Counted from the first letter of the whole stretch, positions 39,862-53,403 are shown. The stretch: 58,193 nucleotides of DNA, filler included, from Basidiobolus ranarum (GCA_040143965.1; 4 parts of 4 records of this genome joined end to end with filler, not necessarily neighbours in it); one strand, 5' to 3'. Translations and numbers: made by a program. Notes: a model not told the origin generated them from the sequence alone.

Positions 39862-41373
39862 GAGAGCAACTTTTCGCGACATCTAACATTTTCATCCAGA
39901 AGGCGATATGTTAGTGATTGTATTCACCTAATTATTCAGCTTTGCAAATCCGTAAACGAACATTCCTCCTCCCCTCTCCTCTCTTCACATATCTGCTGGA
40001 TATAGTTGTCCAAACAAATCGTGATACTCTACCTTTCTTTTATTTTATGATCGACAGTTGATCTACCTTTTCTCTTTAGCTTCCTTTTTTACCATAAAAA
40101 GCAACTTCAGTATTTTCTCTCTTTATATTTCATTTCCTTTAGGGCTTTCCTATTCCCCTCTCCTTTTGTGCTTTTTTACTTACACATTTATCCAATGGTT
40201 TCAATTAGAATATAATATAGGCTCCGGTAGATCCCCCGGTAGCGATAAGTTTGTCAGTGTTTCCGAATCATTTTTATCTTGGAAGGGGGTAGGGGGATTG
40301 ATTTCTTCTCTTTAGTGATCATTTCAAACTCGTTAGATTAGCTCTGCCTTAACGCCATTTCAAATTCCTACTGATAGTGGCTGTCGTAGCCACCAATACC
40401 ATACATGCACGAGACTATAAGAATCTTTCTTGGAAAAGTAACCGTAGGTTGACCATAGCATGTACATGTTAGCATGATAAATCAAAGAAACAAACCATAG
40501 TCATATCCTATCATTACAAACATCTAGCTTACCTTTGTCTCAAACAAAAGGCATCCCCTACTAACATTAACGTGTTGGAATGCACTCGGGATTTCAGTAT
40601 CCTATTCCTCTCGTTCCCTACATATTGAACGGTGGTCTATAGAGTTGGAATCCAAACAGTCTTCCACATTAATTCTGACCCTAAGGGGTGTTTGCGATGA
40701 CCCCGAGTCCATTAAACCCTTCAGATAGCAACAAGGACATTCTGAAACCATAGTATGTAAAGGGGACGTCTGGAGTTCTTGCAATTCAGCTCAACGGGCT
40801 TGATTAAATTAAATCACCACGTGCTCCGCCTACTAGGAGACTTGATTAATTCTTTCCTGATATTGACATGACCACAGTTACAGCCGTGAATCAGATGACA
40901 TTTGCTCCTTTCTTTATTCACCTCCCATCTTCAAGCCTGTCACATGTGTGTAGGTGTGTATTTATAAGGGAGTTAGGGGAATTGACCCAAAAACGTAGGT
41001 GGATCGGCCCCATCCATCAATATCTAGAAGGACTTGTGGAATGTCATGTCATTTGGGATTTAGTAGAACTTGCTAATATTATTATTACAGTGGCAAAATA
41101 CTCGTCAGATAAAAAATTCTACCAAAAACTAGATCTCTACTCCCATTGTCATTAGCCAAATTTGACCCTGGCTAGGTGACGCATTATAAAAACACTCGTA
41201 AATTTGAGAATGAATATGATGTCACTAATTTAAAATAAAGATCCATAAGATATTGATTTTGGTCATTCTTTTTGTGAAAAAATGCATCTATCTAAGGGGT
41301 TTCATAAAATAAAGACATCCAGTTGAAATGTGGGTTTCTTTGTGCTCTTTTTCTATCCGTTATTCGCACCAAT

Positions 41374-42907
41374 ATGGCTCAGACTTACCCTCCCGTAAAC
41401 GTTTCTCGTCAAATTCCTCTTACCTGTTCCGGTCATACCCGACCTGTGGTTGACTTACAGTACTCTTCAGTCGCCACTGACGGAAGTTATTACCTGATTT
41501 CTGCTTGCAAAGGTGACCTCATTTCTCTAGAATTAAGGAAGATGGTTTTTCAAGGGTTTTATCAAGTTTTCTTTTCACACTTGTTAACGCTCTTTAGCTC
41601 GGTTTCCACTCATATATCGATTTTGTTACTTTATCTGATCTTTTTCTCTTTAAAATATTCCTAGATGGAAATCCGATACTTCGTGACGGTAAAACCGGGG
41701 ATTGGATCGGTACTTTTCTAGGTCATAAAGGAGCGGTATGGGGTGCTCGTTTGAGCAAAGATACTTCTAAAGCAGTTACCGGTTCGGCCGATTTTACTGC
41801 GTAGGTGGTTTTTAATATTTTATTTGAAAATATGTATACTAGTGAGTATACATAAGTTCAACATCTTCCTTTTATTTATCCTAACTTATTTTTCTATTTT
41901 ATTACTATTTCACTGGAATATAGTAAAGTTTGGGATACTTATAGTGGAGAAATTTTACACTCATTTACTCATGGTCATATCGTTCGTTGTGTGGATTTTT
42001 CTGCTGACGGTTCCAAGATCGTCACCGGTGGTCATGAAAAAAAACTTCGTATCTTCGACTTAAAACAACCCACTGAAGAGCCCATTGTTCTGGAAGGTCA
42101 TACCGCTACCATCAAAGCAGTACTTTGGGATCATATGAACGAAGTAATCATTAGTGCTAGTGATGACAAAACTGTCAAGTAAGTAAGAATCAACGATATT
42201 TCAAAGGATATGACTTTAACCAGAAATTTTTAAAGAATTTGGGATACCAAGGACTACCACGTTATCAAGGAAATAGTCACTGAACAACCCCCAACTAGTT
42301 TAGGTTTAACCACAGATGGTCAGAATATTACAGTTACATTCGGAAAAACCATCCAGTTTTGGGATAACACTAGGTAGGTGAATCGTAGAAAGAATCATTC
42401 GAGAGAGGCTTCTTAATGTATGATATTGATATACTTCACATTTCGTAGTTATGAGTTGAAGAAGTCTTTCAACATGGAATACGAAGTCTCTTCGGTTTCC
42501 CTTCATCCCGATCACTCACGTTTTGTAGTCGGTGGTACCTCTGATCTTTGGGTTCGTATTTACGATTATGAAAGCGGAAAAGAACTTGGTTAGTATACAA
42601 ATAACTTTATTCTGGATTTTCTTTGGATTACGTTGACATTTCGTTTGATTTCAGAGGTTTACAAAGGTCATCATGGCCCAGTTCACACAGTGAGCTACAG
42701 TCCCGACGGGGAGATTTATGCCACTGGTTCGGAAGATGGTACAATCAGACTATGGCTGGTAAGTGTTTTGATATACGCATACTGGAATGTCAATGCACAT
42801 AATCCCCAATGTTGAATGCTTATCTTTTACCATGTATCTAGACAATTCCTGGACGTAGTTTCGGTCTTTGGCAACCACGTAGAGAAGATAGTGATGCGGA
42901 AAATTAG
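41374..42907 (+). CDS. STRAP: STRAP/UNRIP WD40 repeat protein
   Basis: Motifs [77 protein letters not shown] and GRSFGLW. Multi-exon. Confidence 0.93.
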
Positions 42908-43646
42908 AACCCCTTTGTTCTAACTGGTTGCATTTCCTCTCTATTTTCGAAGATTCGTACTCCTGTCGTTTGTTTAATCGTTGGTAAATGTTGGATTAGA
43001 TACCGCGATGACTTTTATATCCATCCTAATTGAATATTTCTCTGATGTATAACCCTGAATTTCACCACTTTCCAGTAAGATCAGAATCAATTGGAGACTC
43101 CTATGTACCTTTCAACCTTACACTGGTTTTTCTTATATAAATATCTGAACCCAACGGTAGTGAGCCTAAAACTGCGTGAGCGTGAGAGTGCATTCTCATT
43201 TGTATTTGTTATTTATTGATCAATATACCACTTTTAAAATCATTACATTTTTACTCCTGCGAATCGAAGCTTTAATGAAATAAACGCTTCATATAGTCAG
43301 ATAGATGTGAGCATTGATTGCAGTAATAGGAAAGAGAGAAAAATAGATGACGGTCTGAAGCTCGGATCCCAGTCTAACGTACCCAAGCATTTGCGTATCG
43401 TAAGTATGGCTTCTCGTTTTGCTTAACTTGGCTCGCAAGTCGTTTGCTGTGGATAAATTTCGTTTGACTAGTTTTCTGGTCCTAATTTTACAATTCATAT
43501 AAAAATCAAAATCTTGCTTTGGTTAAATAGAATCCACAAATGAATACTTACTTGTGCTCGATTCTTCACCCTTCCTAACCCTTTCTCAAGGGTTTTCTCT
43601 AAAGATTGTTGAAGTTCAGATTATCTATTTCCTTTGGGATTCAACC

Positions 43647-43746
43647 NNNNNNNNNNNNNNNNNNNNNNNNNNNNNNNNNNNNNNNNNNNNTTAATTAATT
43701 AANNNNNNNNNNNNNNNNNNNNNNNNNNNNNNNNNNNNNNNNNNNN
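43647..43746. other. Assembly gap with TTAATTAATTAA linker
   Basis: 100-nt N block with linker. Confidence 0.97.
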
Positions 43747-45224
43747 GTATTTTAAGCATAGATCCACAGTACCTTTCAAATATCTGAAAATCCACTTAAC
43801 TGCTATGATTGGATCAGATCCATAATTTTGAAGATATTGGCACATAACTCCCACAGAGTATGCAAATAACTAAAGCAGTACCACAAGTTGTATTTGATTA
43901 TCTGAGTTGATCCTCATTATTGCTGAAACCTATTCTCTCATATATACCCAAAGTCAGCTATTAGAATCTGAGAGAAATTAGTTTGGACTTAGAGTTAACT
44001 TTGTATTCAATTTGTTCAGATTATTGACATTACAATTTCATGGAGGTGCTATAATATTCAACTGTTGACACGAAATTAATGATTCCAGTTGACATGGTAA
44101 TACCAGAAATTCTATGTCTTAATCTTCATTTACAGTTAGTACTGATGAAACCAGAATTGTAGAGATGAATGAATCATTGTCAAACCATTAATCAATGATC
44201 CAACTTATTTAGAGATTGCATCCTCAAGATTGAATAAAGCGTATATGATATGTAGCAGCATTATCAAATTTAGATTCGAATCAAGTGCCAAGACTAAAAT
44301 GTGAAGTACAAAAGGGAAATTTTGGAAATTGCAACCATTCTATAAATACCGTGTTATCAGCATGTAGGTGAAGTAGAAAATGCTCAGGTTAATCAAAAGA
44401 AATATTTGGTGTTCCCTTGTAAATATATTAAATTGAAAATATCTTTTGCTAACGAAGAAAAATAAGCCAGATCGTACTTTTAGGGTGCTAGAAAAGTTGG
44501 GGTAAACATGGGGGAATTACTGATGAGTTTGAAACATATGATTATTTTACTATTTCGGCAATACATCCTGAAAGGTTGCCATTCTGACTTGGTACATATT
44601 CAGTCAGTGAGCAAAAGAATTCCAATCCTTGCATATATGCGATTTCCCTATGGAACAAATGTAGGGAATGCCAAATCCCTTCAATCTGTGATTCACTGTA
44701 TATAGCTCCATGTACTTGCTTTGGGCTACTACATATGCTTGAAAAGGATGGGGAATTCTCAAGTTTTGCGAGTGGGGGTATTTACAGTAAGGAAATCCAT
44801 GTCAATCCGCAATTACTAATAGAAGATGGATTTCTGACACCATTGTGATCCGGTCACACCGTGCAGTTGCAACAGTTAAATATTACATCTATATAATATA
44901 AACAAAACCTATGAATGCTCTAGCATCTGCTGGGGCATGAGAGGACAATTAAAACGGCCCATCTGGAGTAAATATTGGCCGAGACGAGCTTTGTGTTCAC
45001 AGTTCTACTGCAAATGGAAATCTATCTAACTAAACATATATCAGAGACTGGTGGGTTCGCGCTATCCATATCTGGTGACGCAATGCTGACATAACGAAAA
45101 CTTGCCGGAAAGTCAATTACGCCATTTACAACTTAAGTGTCAATAGGTTTACCAAACTAGTATATATGCTTTGAAACAATCCCCACACCTCTTTAACTTT
45201 TTCGTCCAGCAAAAAGAATTAAAC

Positions 45225-46385
45225 ATGAAAGCGCTTTTCTTCGACAAATACACCACTTTCGATAATTATACCTTTGGTGACTTACCTAACCCTGAGATTC
45301 ACAACCCTACCGAGGTATTGATCAAAGTCCATGCAGCCAGGTTTGTAACACAATTTTTATAAAACTCAAGCCAATCTAGTACACACTTCCTTTCAGATAA
45401 TAACCAAAATATTCTTTCCGTTCTATTTAGTATCAACCCTATTGATTACAAGCGTGCCAATGGGCTATTGAAGATGGTGGAAACCATCGAATTCCCAGGA
45501 AAACTTGGCTATGACGTATCTGGAGAAGTGGTAGCGGTTGGCTCTGAAGTAGAGCGGTTTAAGATCGGTGATTTGGTCTATGGTAGAGTCCAATCACACC
45601 AAGTAGGTACACTTGCCGAATATTGCGTTGCCTCAGAATTTACTTTGTCCAAGAAGCTTGAGACCATGAGCCATGTAGAAGCTGCTTCGTATCCCTTGGT
45701 ATTTCTCACCGCACTTCAAGCCTTAATAACAGCTGGCTTAGATGCTGAGAATGTGGCAAATAACAAAGACAAAAAGGTGTTTATTACTTCGGGATTAGGC
45801 GGAGTTGGGTATCACGCTGTACTCCTAGCGAAGAATTTCTTCAAGGTAACCACTATAGCTACCACAGTATCTACAGGGAAACTTAAAAGAGCCAGAGAGA
45901 CATTTGGTGAAGATACGGTGCTCATTGACTATAAAACTCAGGAAATTACGAAGGAGCTTCATGACTATGACGTACTATTTGATACAGTAGGGACCGACCT
46001 CTTGAGCAACATGCATGTACTTAAAAGAGGTAGTGGTTGTGTCAGTATTGCTTCTACTCCAACAGGCACGGCGCTCATCAATGCATTCCAATCTCCGGAT
46101 GCTAGCAGTGGACTTGGTAGTTGGGCAGTTAAGAATTTGGTTAATCTGGTCGCTTCGCCTTACTGCCTTCAAGCGTGGCGCTTAGGTATCAATTACGAGT
46201 ACATCTTCATGAAGCCAAATGGCAGTCAGCTTGAGAACATCCTGAATCTCCTATTTAGCGAAGGAAATATGCCAGCCAACATAGATAAGGTGTATGGTTG
46301 GTCAGAGAAGGAATGTAAAGAAGCTTACAAACATCTAGTTGATGGCCACTCCTCAGGCAAAGTAGTCATTAAAGTCCGTGACTAA
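45225..46385 (+). CDS. Medium-chain dehydrogenase/reductase (NADPH:quinone reductase / RTN4IP1-like)
   Basis: Motifs EVLIKVHAA|SINPIDYK, LGYDVSGEVVAVG, GTLAEY, GLGGVG and GHSSGKVVI. One intron. Confidence 0.9.
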
Positions 46386-47856
46386 ATCGATGAGTATATT
46401 GTAGATTGTTGGTAATTAGAAGATAAATTAAATAGCGAAGATAACTGTTTCTTCTATGGATATTTGGCAGCGTAGTGAAGTATGAAATCAATAAACTCTG
46501 CTATGCAATATTCTTGACTCCTACTCATTACGAACGAGAACATAAAAAAGCCTTGAGCTAAGAACCTTACAATTTACTTGAACTGACTAATCTTGGACGC
46601 TGCAAAATATACTCCTAACTAGACTGTTGCGCTGTAACTGCCATTGTGTAAAACCCATACCAGTCTTGAGTCTATTTCAGATACACGTCAACATTACTGA
46701 CACCTTGGAGCTATTCCAAGAAGACCATTGGGTTGTAGAATGATGTAGCGATGCATCGAACAGATTCGCAGCAGATTGTTTCTAAAAAGGTTATGGAGAA
46801 TCGGCAACTGCCTCAACTCGGTACCAACGTGTAGAAAAAGCCGAGCTTCAACTCTGGCCAAATACGTGAAAGAACAACGGACACGGGTAGCTGTAGCTTT
46901 GTTCTTTCGTGTTAACTTGCCGTACTGTCAAAGCATGTGGGCTGTGTAGAAATATAGCATGCACAATGAATGAGATCCAAACCCCTTGAGGTCCTAAATA
47001 AATAATGATAGGTTTATCGAATATATATGCGGATCTCTCAAAAAAAGTGCCTTAGCTTTTGTGAGCCAACTCAAGGTTTTCTGGAAATGGAGATGTCAGG
47101 TGACACAGAAAATCTTCCATCTAAAATTCGGATCAAATGGAGCACTCAGGTTTTATATGAAAGCTTGCTGACCAACGAAAGTTTAAAGTCCATGCCACTG
47201 ACCCCAGTCGCCGTATTTGTGGATGTGTTTGAGCATTAGAGAGATTTAATAATATCCAGCACCCCAATCTGGTCAAACAGAAAGAAGGAATTGGGTTAGT
47301 TTTGATATTTCAAGAAACTACGCATTCCTGATTTGGTGGCTAAGACGGCTTTGCTCTAATCCACACTTTGTTGGCACCATGGGCACATACAAATTCGGTA
47401 CCCACTTGTGCCCCTGATTCCGTTATTTTAGGCTACTGACTAATGGAATAGGAAAACCCTGGTGAGATCAGTGATGCATGGGCTTATTTTATACGGATTG
47501 ATATTGATGGCCACTTTGAAGATGCCAATTTCCCACGTCCATTAAGCACTACCATTTTTTTCCTCTTTCTTAGGTCCCTTGTGATCAAGACTCGGTTTAT
47601 TTCTACCTTGCTGTTATACCTATTAATATCTCAAATTTAATCAATACACCAAGTTAGAACGATTACTTTGAATATCTGGCCTGTTGACAAAGCTTTTACT
47701 TTACAGTTTCTTGATAGATATCATACCGGCTAGAACAAGTGATTCTCATTACTGTGAAATAACTTGTTCATTATCTATAGATACAGTTAAATTTCAAGAC
47801 GAAGCACTCAACAATCGCAGAGTAAGACGATAGAGACTTGAGTAACTTCTATCACT

Positions 47857-50800
47857 ATGACAACAAATACTGCACCAACATACATACAGGTCAATACTCA
47901 ATCCTTAAATAGATCTAGTTCACTCTCACTTTCACCCTCACCGGTTGATAATCATATTTCACATGCTGGACGACCACGCAACGAATTATGGGATCATTTC
48001 ATCAAAGGTGAGAAGCGACCTACTACAAACAAATACGATGCGCGATGTCGTTATTGCGTTGAAAAAGGAGATATTAACACAATCCGACCTGTACGCGGTG
48101 AGAAGAAATTTATGGTTGCTCATCTCAAAAAGTGCCTGAATGCTCCAGAAAGTTTACGTACGCGCATTCGCGGCGAGTCAAATCACTCTACGGAGGCTCA
48201 AGGTAAAAATGACGATGAGATAGAAACCAAACGAGATTTAGAGGATAATCCCGCCAAAAAACGGAAGTCTAATGGTACTTCTGAATCGGAATGGATGTCT
48301 TCCGGTGTTACTCCCCAATCTCTCAATGAATTTCTACTTTACACTTCGGATGCAGAAAAAAAGTCTCAGGACGATAAATTTTATTTGGAAGATAGCTTTG
48401 TTTCCAAGTATAAAGAACGTTTGCCCTCTTTTGGTTTTAATGGGCTTGGTGAGATCATATACCGGCGTACATATAGCAGACTTGGGAAAGATGGAACTCG
48501 AGAGCAATGGTATGTACTCGCCTGGCAAAGAGCAATGCATATAAGTATACGTTAGCATTAATTGACTTTTCAATATGAATCCAGGTGGCAAACCGTTCGG
48601 AGAGTTGTTAATGCCACATTCAGCATGCAGAGGCGATGTATTGAAAAATCGAACTTGGGGTGGAATGAAGAAAAAGTGATATTCTTTCTTCCCAAGCATT
48701 CTCCAACACAAACTGACCTAGATCTTATGATTTTAACTTTAGGCGCAAAAATCTGCACAAAAAATGTTTGATCGCATATTCAGCATGAAGTTCTTACCAC
48801 CTGGAAGAGGTAATATGTATGCCAAGGACAAAGTCGGGATTTCTTCTCTATTTCTAATACTAGTCATATAGGTCTTTGGGCAATGGGTTCGCCGCTGACG
48901 GAAGAACGTGGAATCTACACAGCTCTTAACAATTGTGGCTTCGTTAGTACTGAGTGTATGTGGGAGCGGGGATTTACGCCAAGTAAGCCCTTTGCATTTC
49001 TGATGGATGCCTCGATGCTGGGGTATGTAACCAACCCAATCTATGTCGCAATGCTTGTAGAGTCAATAGTTAACTCTAGAAAATCTGATCAGAGTAGGGG
49101 TGGGGTTTGATACTAAAGGCGCAGCAATTGCCCGAGAACGAGGTATCATCGTAACAGGGCCGGATGCCACACTGTCTCCCAGCGTTTACACTATCCCTGA
49201 TTGTCGAGAAGGGTGGGTCAAGTCGATAGAATTGATTGTCGATTGCTATTTCAACGCAGATATGAGCATACAAGCAAGTGCATTTAGTTCGTGGATCACT
49301 TTTAACCATATTCTAATGAAGTTACATCTCTTAGGAATTCAAGTATCATTGCATTCGGCCTGCGGGGGCACCTATAAAAGGATTCGGTGGGCAGTCATCT
49401 GGACCCCAGCCTCTGATAGATCTCCACAATCGTATACGGGAGGTACTCAATAAAAACATCGGTGCACCGATATCTGTGACGACGATTGTCGATATCATGA
49501 ATCTGATTGGAAAATGTGTTGCCAGTGGAAATGTAGTTAATCTCCTTGCTTGTTCTATGTGCTACAAGTCGACTAACCACTCATCCAAATCAACATAGGT
49601 CAGACGTAGTGCGGAGATAGCTTTCGGAGACCCTTTTGATGATGAATACATCGATTTGAAGAATTATGAGGTGAATCCTCATCGGTGTGAATACGGGTGG
49701 ACAAGTAACAACTCTGTGCGTGCTTTCAGTCTATTTTCTTGGATACTATTTACTGACCGAGTATTGTACACATTCCCTTTCTAGGTATTTGCGAATCTCG
49801 GCATGGACTATCATAACATCTGTAAACGTGTCATTGCTAACGGTGAGCCTGGGTTTTCGTGGTTAGACAACGCACGGAACTATGGCAGAATGGGTGACCC
49901 TATGGTAATCTGTTTATGACGACACCATCACTTTACTTGTTTGCTGAATCCTTCTCTTCCACATTGTTGATAGGATAAGCGAGATTATCGAGCACAGGGA
50001 GGAAATCCATGTCTGGAACAAACCCTTGAATCCTTTGAGTTATGTTGTCTCGTTGAGGTGTTTCCCAATAACCATACGTCGCTGGATGATTTCTTGGAAA
50101 CACTTGAGTCCGCATTCCTCTACGCTAAAACGGTGACCTTGGGAACTACACATTGGCCAGAAAGCAATAGAGTAATGATGAGAAATCGTAGAATTGGAAC
50201 AGGGTTGAGTGGTATTGCCCAATTTATCAGTAAAAGAGGTGATTTCAAATGTAAAGTATGGATTCCCGACTGTGACACTCAATATCATGTTAATCTCTTA
50301 GGACTTGAAGAGCTTAAAACGTGGTGCGAAGAGGGATACAAGCATATCCTGGATATAGACAAAAAGTAAGATAATGGCACTCGCAATGGTATATACTTTA
50401 TCTATGCTTACAGGCATTTTAGGCTATGTGAATGGCTGTGCATTCCCCAATCCATCAAAACCACCACCGTTAAGCCCAGTGGTACGGTTTCGCTATTAGC
50501 TGGCGGTATGTAGCTGTACACCCTTCGATTAGATCGATGATATGCTAACCTGCCTTCCCCACCCAGCCACCCCTGGATTACACTATCCAGAAAGTAGATT
50601 CTGCATTCGCCGTGTGCGTTTATCTAAAATGTCGGAAATGGTTGAGCCTTTCCGAGAAGCCGGGTACAAAGTAGAACCTGATGTTGGTACGTTCCGTTTG
50701 ATGTATTTTTCACACTAGAAGATCATTCTCTCATCTAACCACCACTCCCTCTACCATACTGCAGTGGAGCCAAACACGTTGGTGGTTGAGATTCCTATTG

Positions 50801-51297
50801 ACCATGGTGAAGGGATAAGATCGCTAGCAGACGTGACGATGTGGGAGCAGTTGTCTTTGGCAGCCTTTATGCAGAAATACTGGTCTGACAATCAAGTCTC
50901 ATGCACCATAACGTTTGACCCGGAGACCGAAGGATCTCACCTTAAATACGCACTCAACTACTTCCAGTACCAGTTGAAGGGAGTTTCCTTCTTACCTAGA
51001 ATTCCGATGGGTGCGTACTCCCAGATGCCGTATGAAGCCATATCAGAGTTTAAATATCTTCAACTGACTGCGAGCATTACTAAACCTGGGCCCAAGAGTC
51101 CCAGTGTCTCCCACCTACTGTTAAATCCACAAGGGCTGACGGCACCCGACCTTCGGAATATCGAAGGAGATCCCACAGTGGATCCAGAGATTGAGCGATT
51201 CTGCGATTGGAGCCCTTACATGTTCGATAGCGCATGTGCCAATTCTGGTTTACCAGAGGAGGCTAACACGTGCCCCTCAAATATCATGAGATTTTAG
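47857..51297 (+). CDS. nrdJ: Class II adenosylcobalamin-dependent ribonucleoside-triphosphate reductase (monomeric NrdJ/RTPR type) with N-terminal BED-type zinc finger
   Basis: Splices by eye through 12 introns with no stops. Motifs [111 protein letters not shown] and YSQMPYE. Confidence 0.95.
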
Positions 51298-51449
51298 TAG
51301 CATAGGGCCGCTCTAGATGACCTTTAGAATCTCTAAAATGCAGCCATTTGCACGCATTCTGAGCGTGAAAGAGAACGAGAGGGTAGAGTGTTTCTGCTCA
51401 TGGGGCCGAAGAAGGCTGAAGACTGTTCACCTTATTATATTCATTGTAG

Positions 51450-52399
51450 AATCATGCACTTTTATCATATTTATCCCGAAATTTAATTGTACATTCCTGA
51501 TTTTGTCGACATCTTGCAAAGCTATGTCATTTTTAAGCAAATTGCAAGATTGAAACAACCATTGATTCATTTGATAGTAGACATCCTTGTACTTCTCTGC
51601 ATTTTCATCAAGACATACCCTGATTTTGGTACTTTTAAACAACGTTGATATTTTCCACTCATTTTTGATTTTTTTGATTTTTTGGAAAATCGAGACAATT
51701 TTTTTCTTGAGCGAAAAAGTATACCTTGTATATTTGATGAGCTAATGGCTGGTGTCCTAGATATAAACGCAGATAACCTAGTTTCTTGTCAAGTTATCTC
51801 AATATTAAGGTTCAACAGAGGATACCCTCTCCATTCACGATCTAAAAACTTGCTTGATTTATTACCTCGACCATATAAGGCTTTCTCCTCGAGATATCAT
51901 TCTAGACCATTTTTGTGCTATACCCGTCAAGACATCAAACATGACTTTGGATGATCGTACCAAAGCTTTACTCTCAACTTTCATGTTGTTATGGATGAAG
52001 AATAATGAGCTAAGTTGTAGTCAAACTTATGATGAGTCTTCAAGTGATTCAGATAGTGATCTTTCGGATGATTTCTCCGATTCCGATTTTGCCTTGGAGG
52101 AACTGTCTGATAACGAAGAAGCTCTATTTGAGGAATATCGGAGTTTACAAGAGCAGCAGCGAAAGATGCAAAGTGCCGCATATATGGAGTACGATTTAAA
52201 TTTACCTAATGAACATATCAAGATTGAGACTGAAGCTGAGGAACCACGTTTATTAGAAAAGTCTGAGGAGGATGTAAGTGAAGATCCTTCCGTTACTACT
52301 AGTGTACTTCAAAAACGCAACATGCTATTAGACGAGGAAGACTACGATGAACCTCTAGAAGCGGAGGAAGCTATGAACAAGAAGAGAAAGACTGAATGA
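51450..52399 (+). pseudogene. Hypothetical protein with acidic tract and C-terminal KKRK; 5' part possibly disrupted
   Basis: ORF 51854-52399 extends back to an acceptor at 51819. A putative upstream exon 51450-51628 reads MHFYHIYPEI*LYIPDF...TYPDF, with an in-frame TAA at 51484-51486. Confidence 0.4.
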
Positions 52400-53403
52400 G
52401 AACTTTCAAAGTGTTAAAATAGAACTAATATTCTTGCTGTCGATGTTTATTTTCCCATACACCAAGTCGTTGCAATTAGGAGAGTTCTTGTATGTATATT
52501 TTTTACCAAAGTGTGTTATTATTATTGTGAGTAAACTAGCGATATATCCATTTGATCTTGTAAAACTTGAAACCTATCTCACTTGCTTTCTTGCTTTTTT
52601 ACCTAATATTCCCTTTCTCTACTCGGATGAATATTTTCGAAGTTATCACTGTTAATTTTGTAAAATACAAATCTCTACCATTTACCTTGTTCTAATCGAG
52701 TACTTGGGTGTTCCATAATCTAGTGTTCATATCCAGTGGAATATATTTTTGAAATATTCCTCTATATTGGATGTCTCGGTAGGACATATGGTAAGGTATA
52801 TCAATAGAGAGGTGACTCGGTAACCAACAAGTGTTTTTGCCACGATCATCGCAGCTTGAATTCACTGCCTTACCACTTGCTCCAGTCACATGAAACACGT
52901 GGGGTATTCACTAGTTTGCAGGTTCAATCGAGTTCCAGATGGCAATGAGAAGAAATGCACTTCGATAAATCCCCTAGTCCGATGATGTGTGAAGAAATTG
53001 TTGTGCATCTCCAATCATGTGCTTATAGAGAGTCTCAAGCAAATATTATCCTATTCTACATGCATCCTCCGCACCTAAAATATGGCCAAGGTCTGATTTG
53101 AACATTCTATGTAGAAAGTGGCATTAACCTAAATACCAGCGTCCACAAAGATCTACTTGATGAGAATTCGCAAGTCAATGGCAGGGTTCAGGGGATTTCT
53201 GGTGATAAACACATAGTATCGATGATGGCGGTAATTTCACGGAATATTTTGATTCTTAAGGATTTTCAGATGTTGAAATTCCCAAAAAATTCCCGATTCT
53301 AGGAACTTGGTTGAACTTGTGAGACCATCGTTTCAATTTCACTTTACCATTTTCTTAGAAACGTTATTGCTCTATCCTATTGGAACCGCTATTTCTCTCC
53401 CTA

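Noticed and set aside
47857-48200. Standalone hAT transposase
   Set aside because: Only the BED-like finger is present. I found no DDE or hATC dimerisation domain and no TIRs, and the frame runs directly into the RNR.
47857-51297. Bacterial or phage contamination as the source of nrdJ
   Set aside because: Twelve spliceosomal introns and contiguity with fungal genes on the same contig.
51427-51642. Minus-strand 71-aa ORF
   Set aside because: TTG start with no in-frame ATG, and antisense to a more protein-like plus-strand frame.
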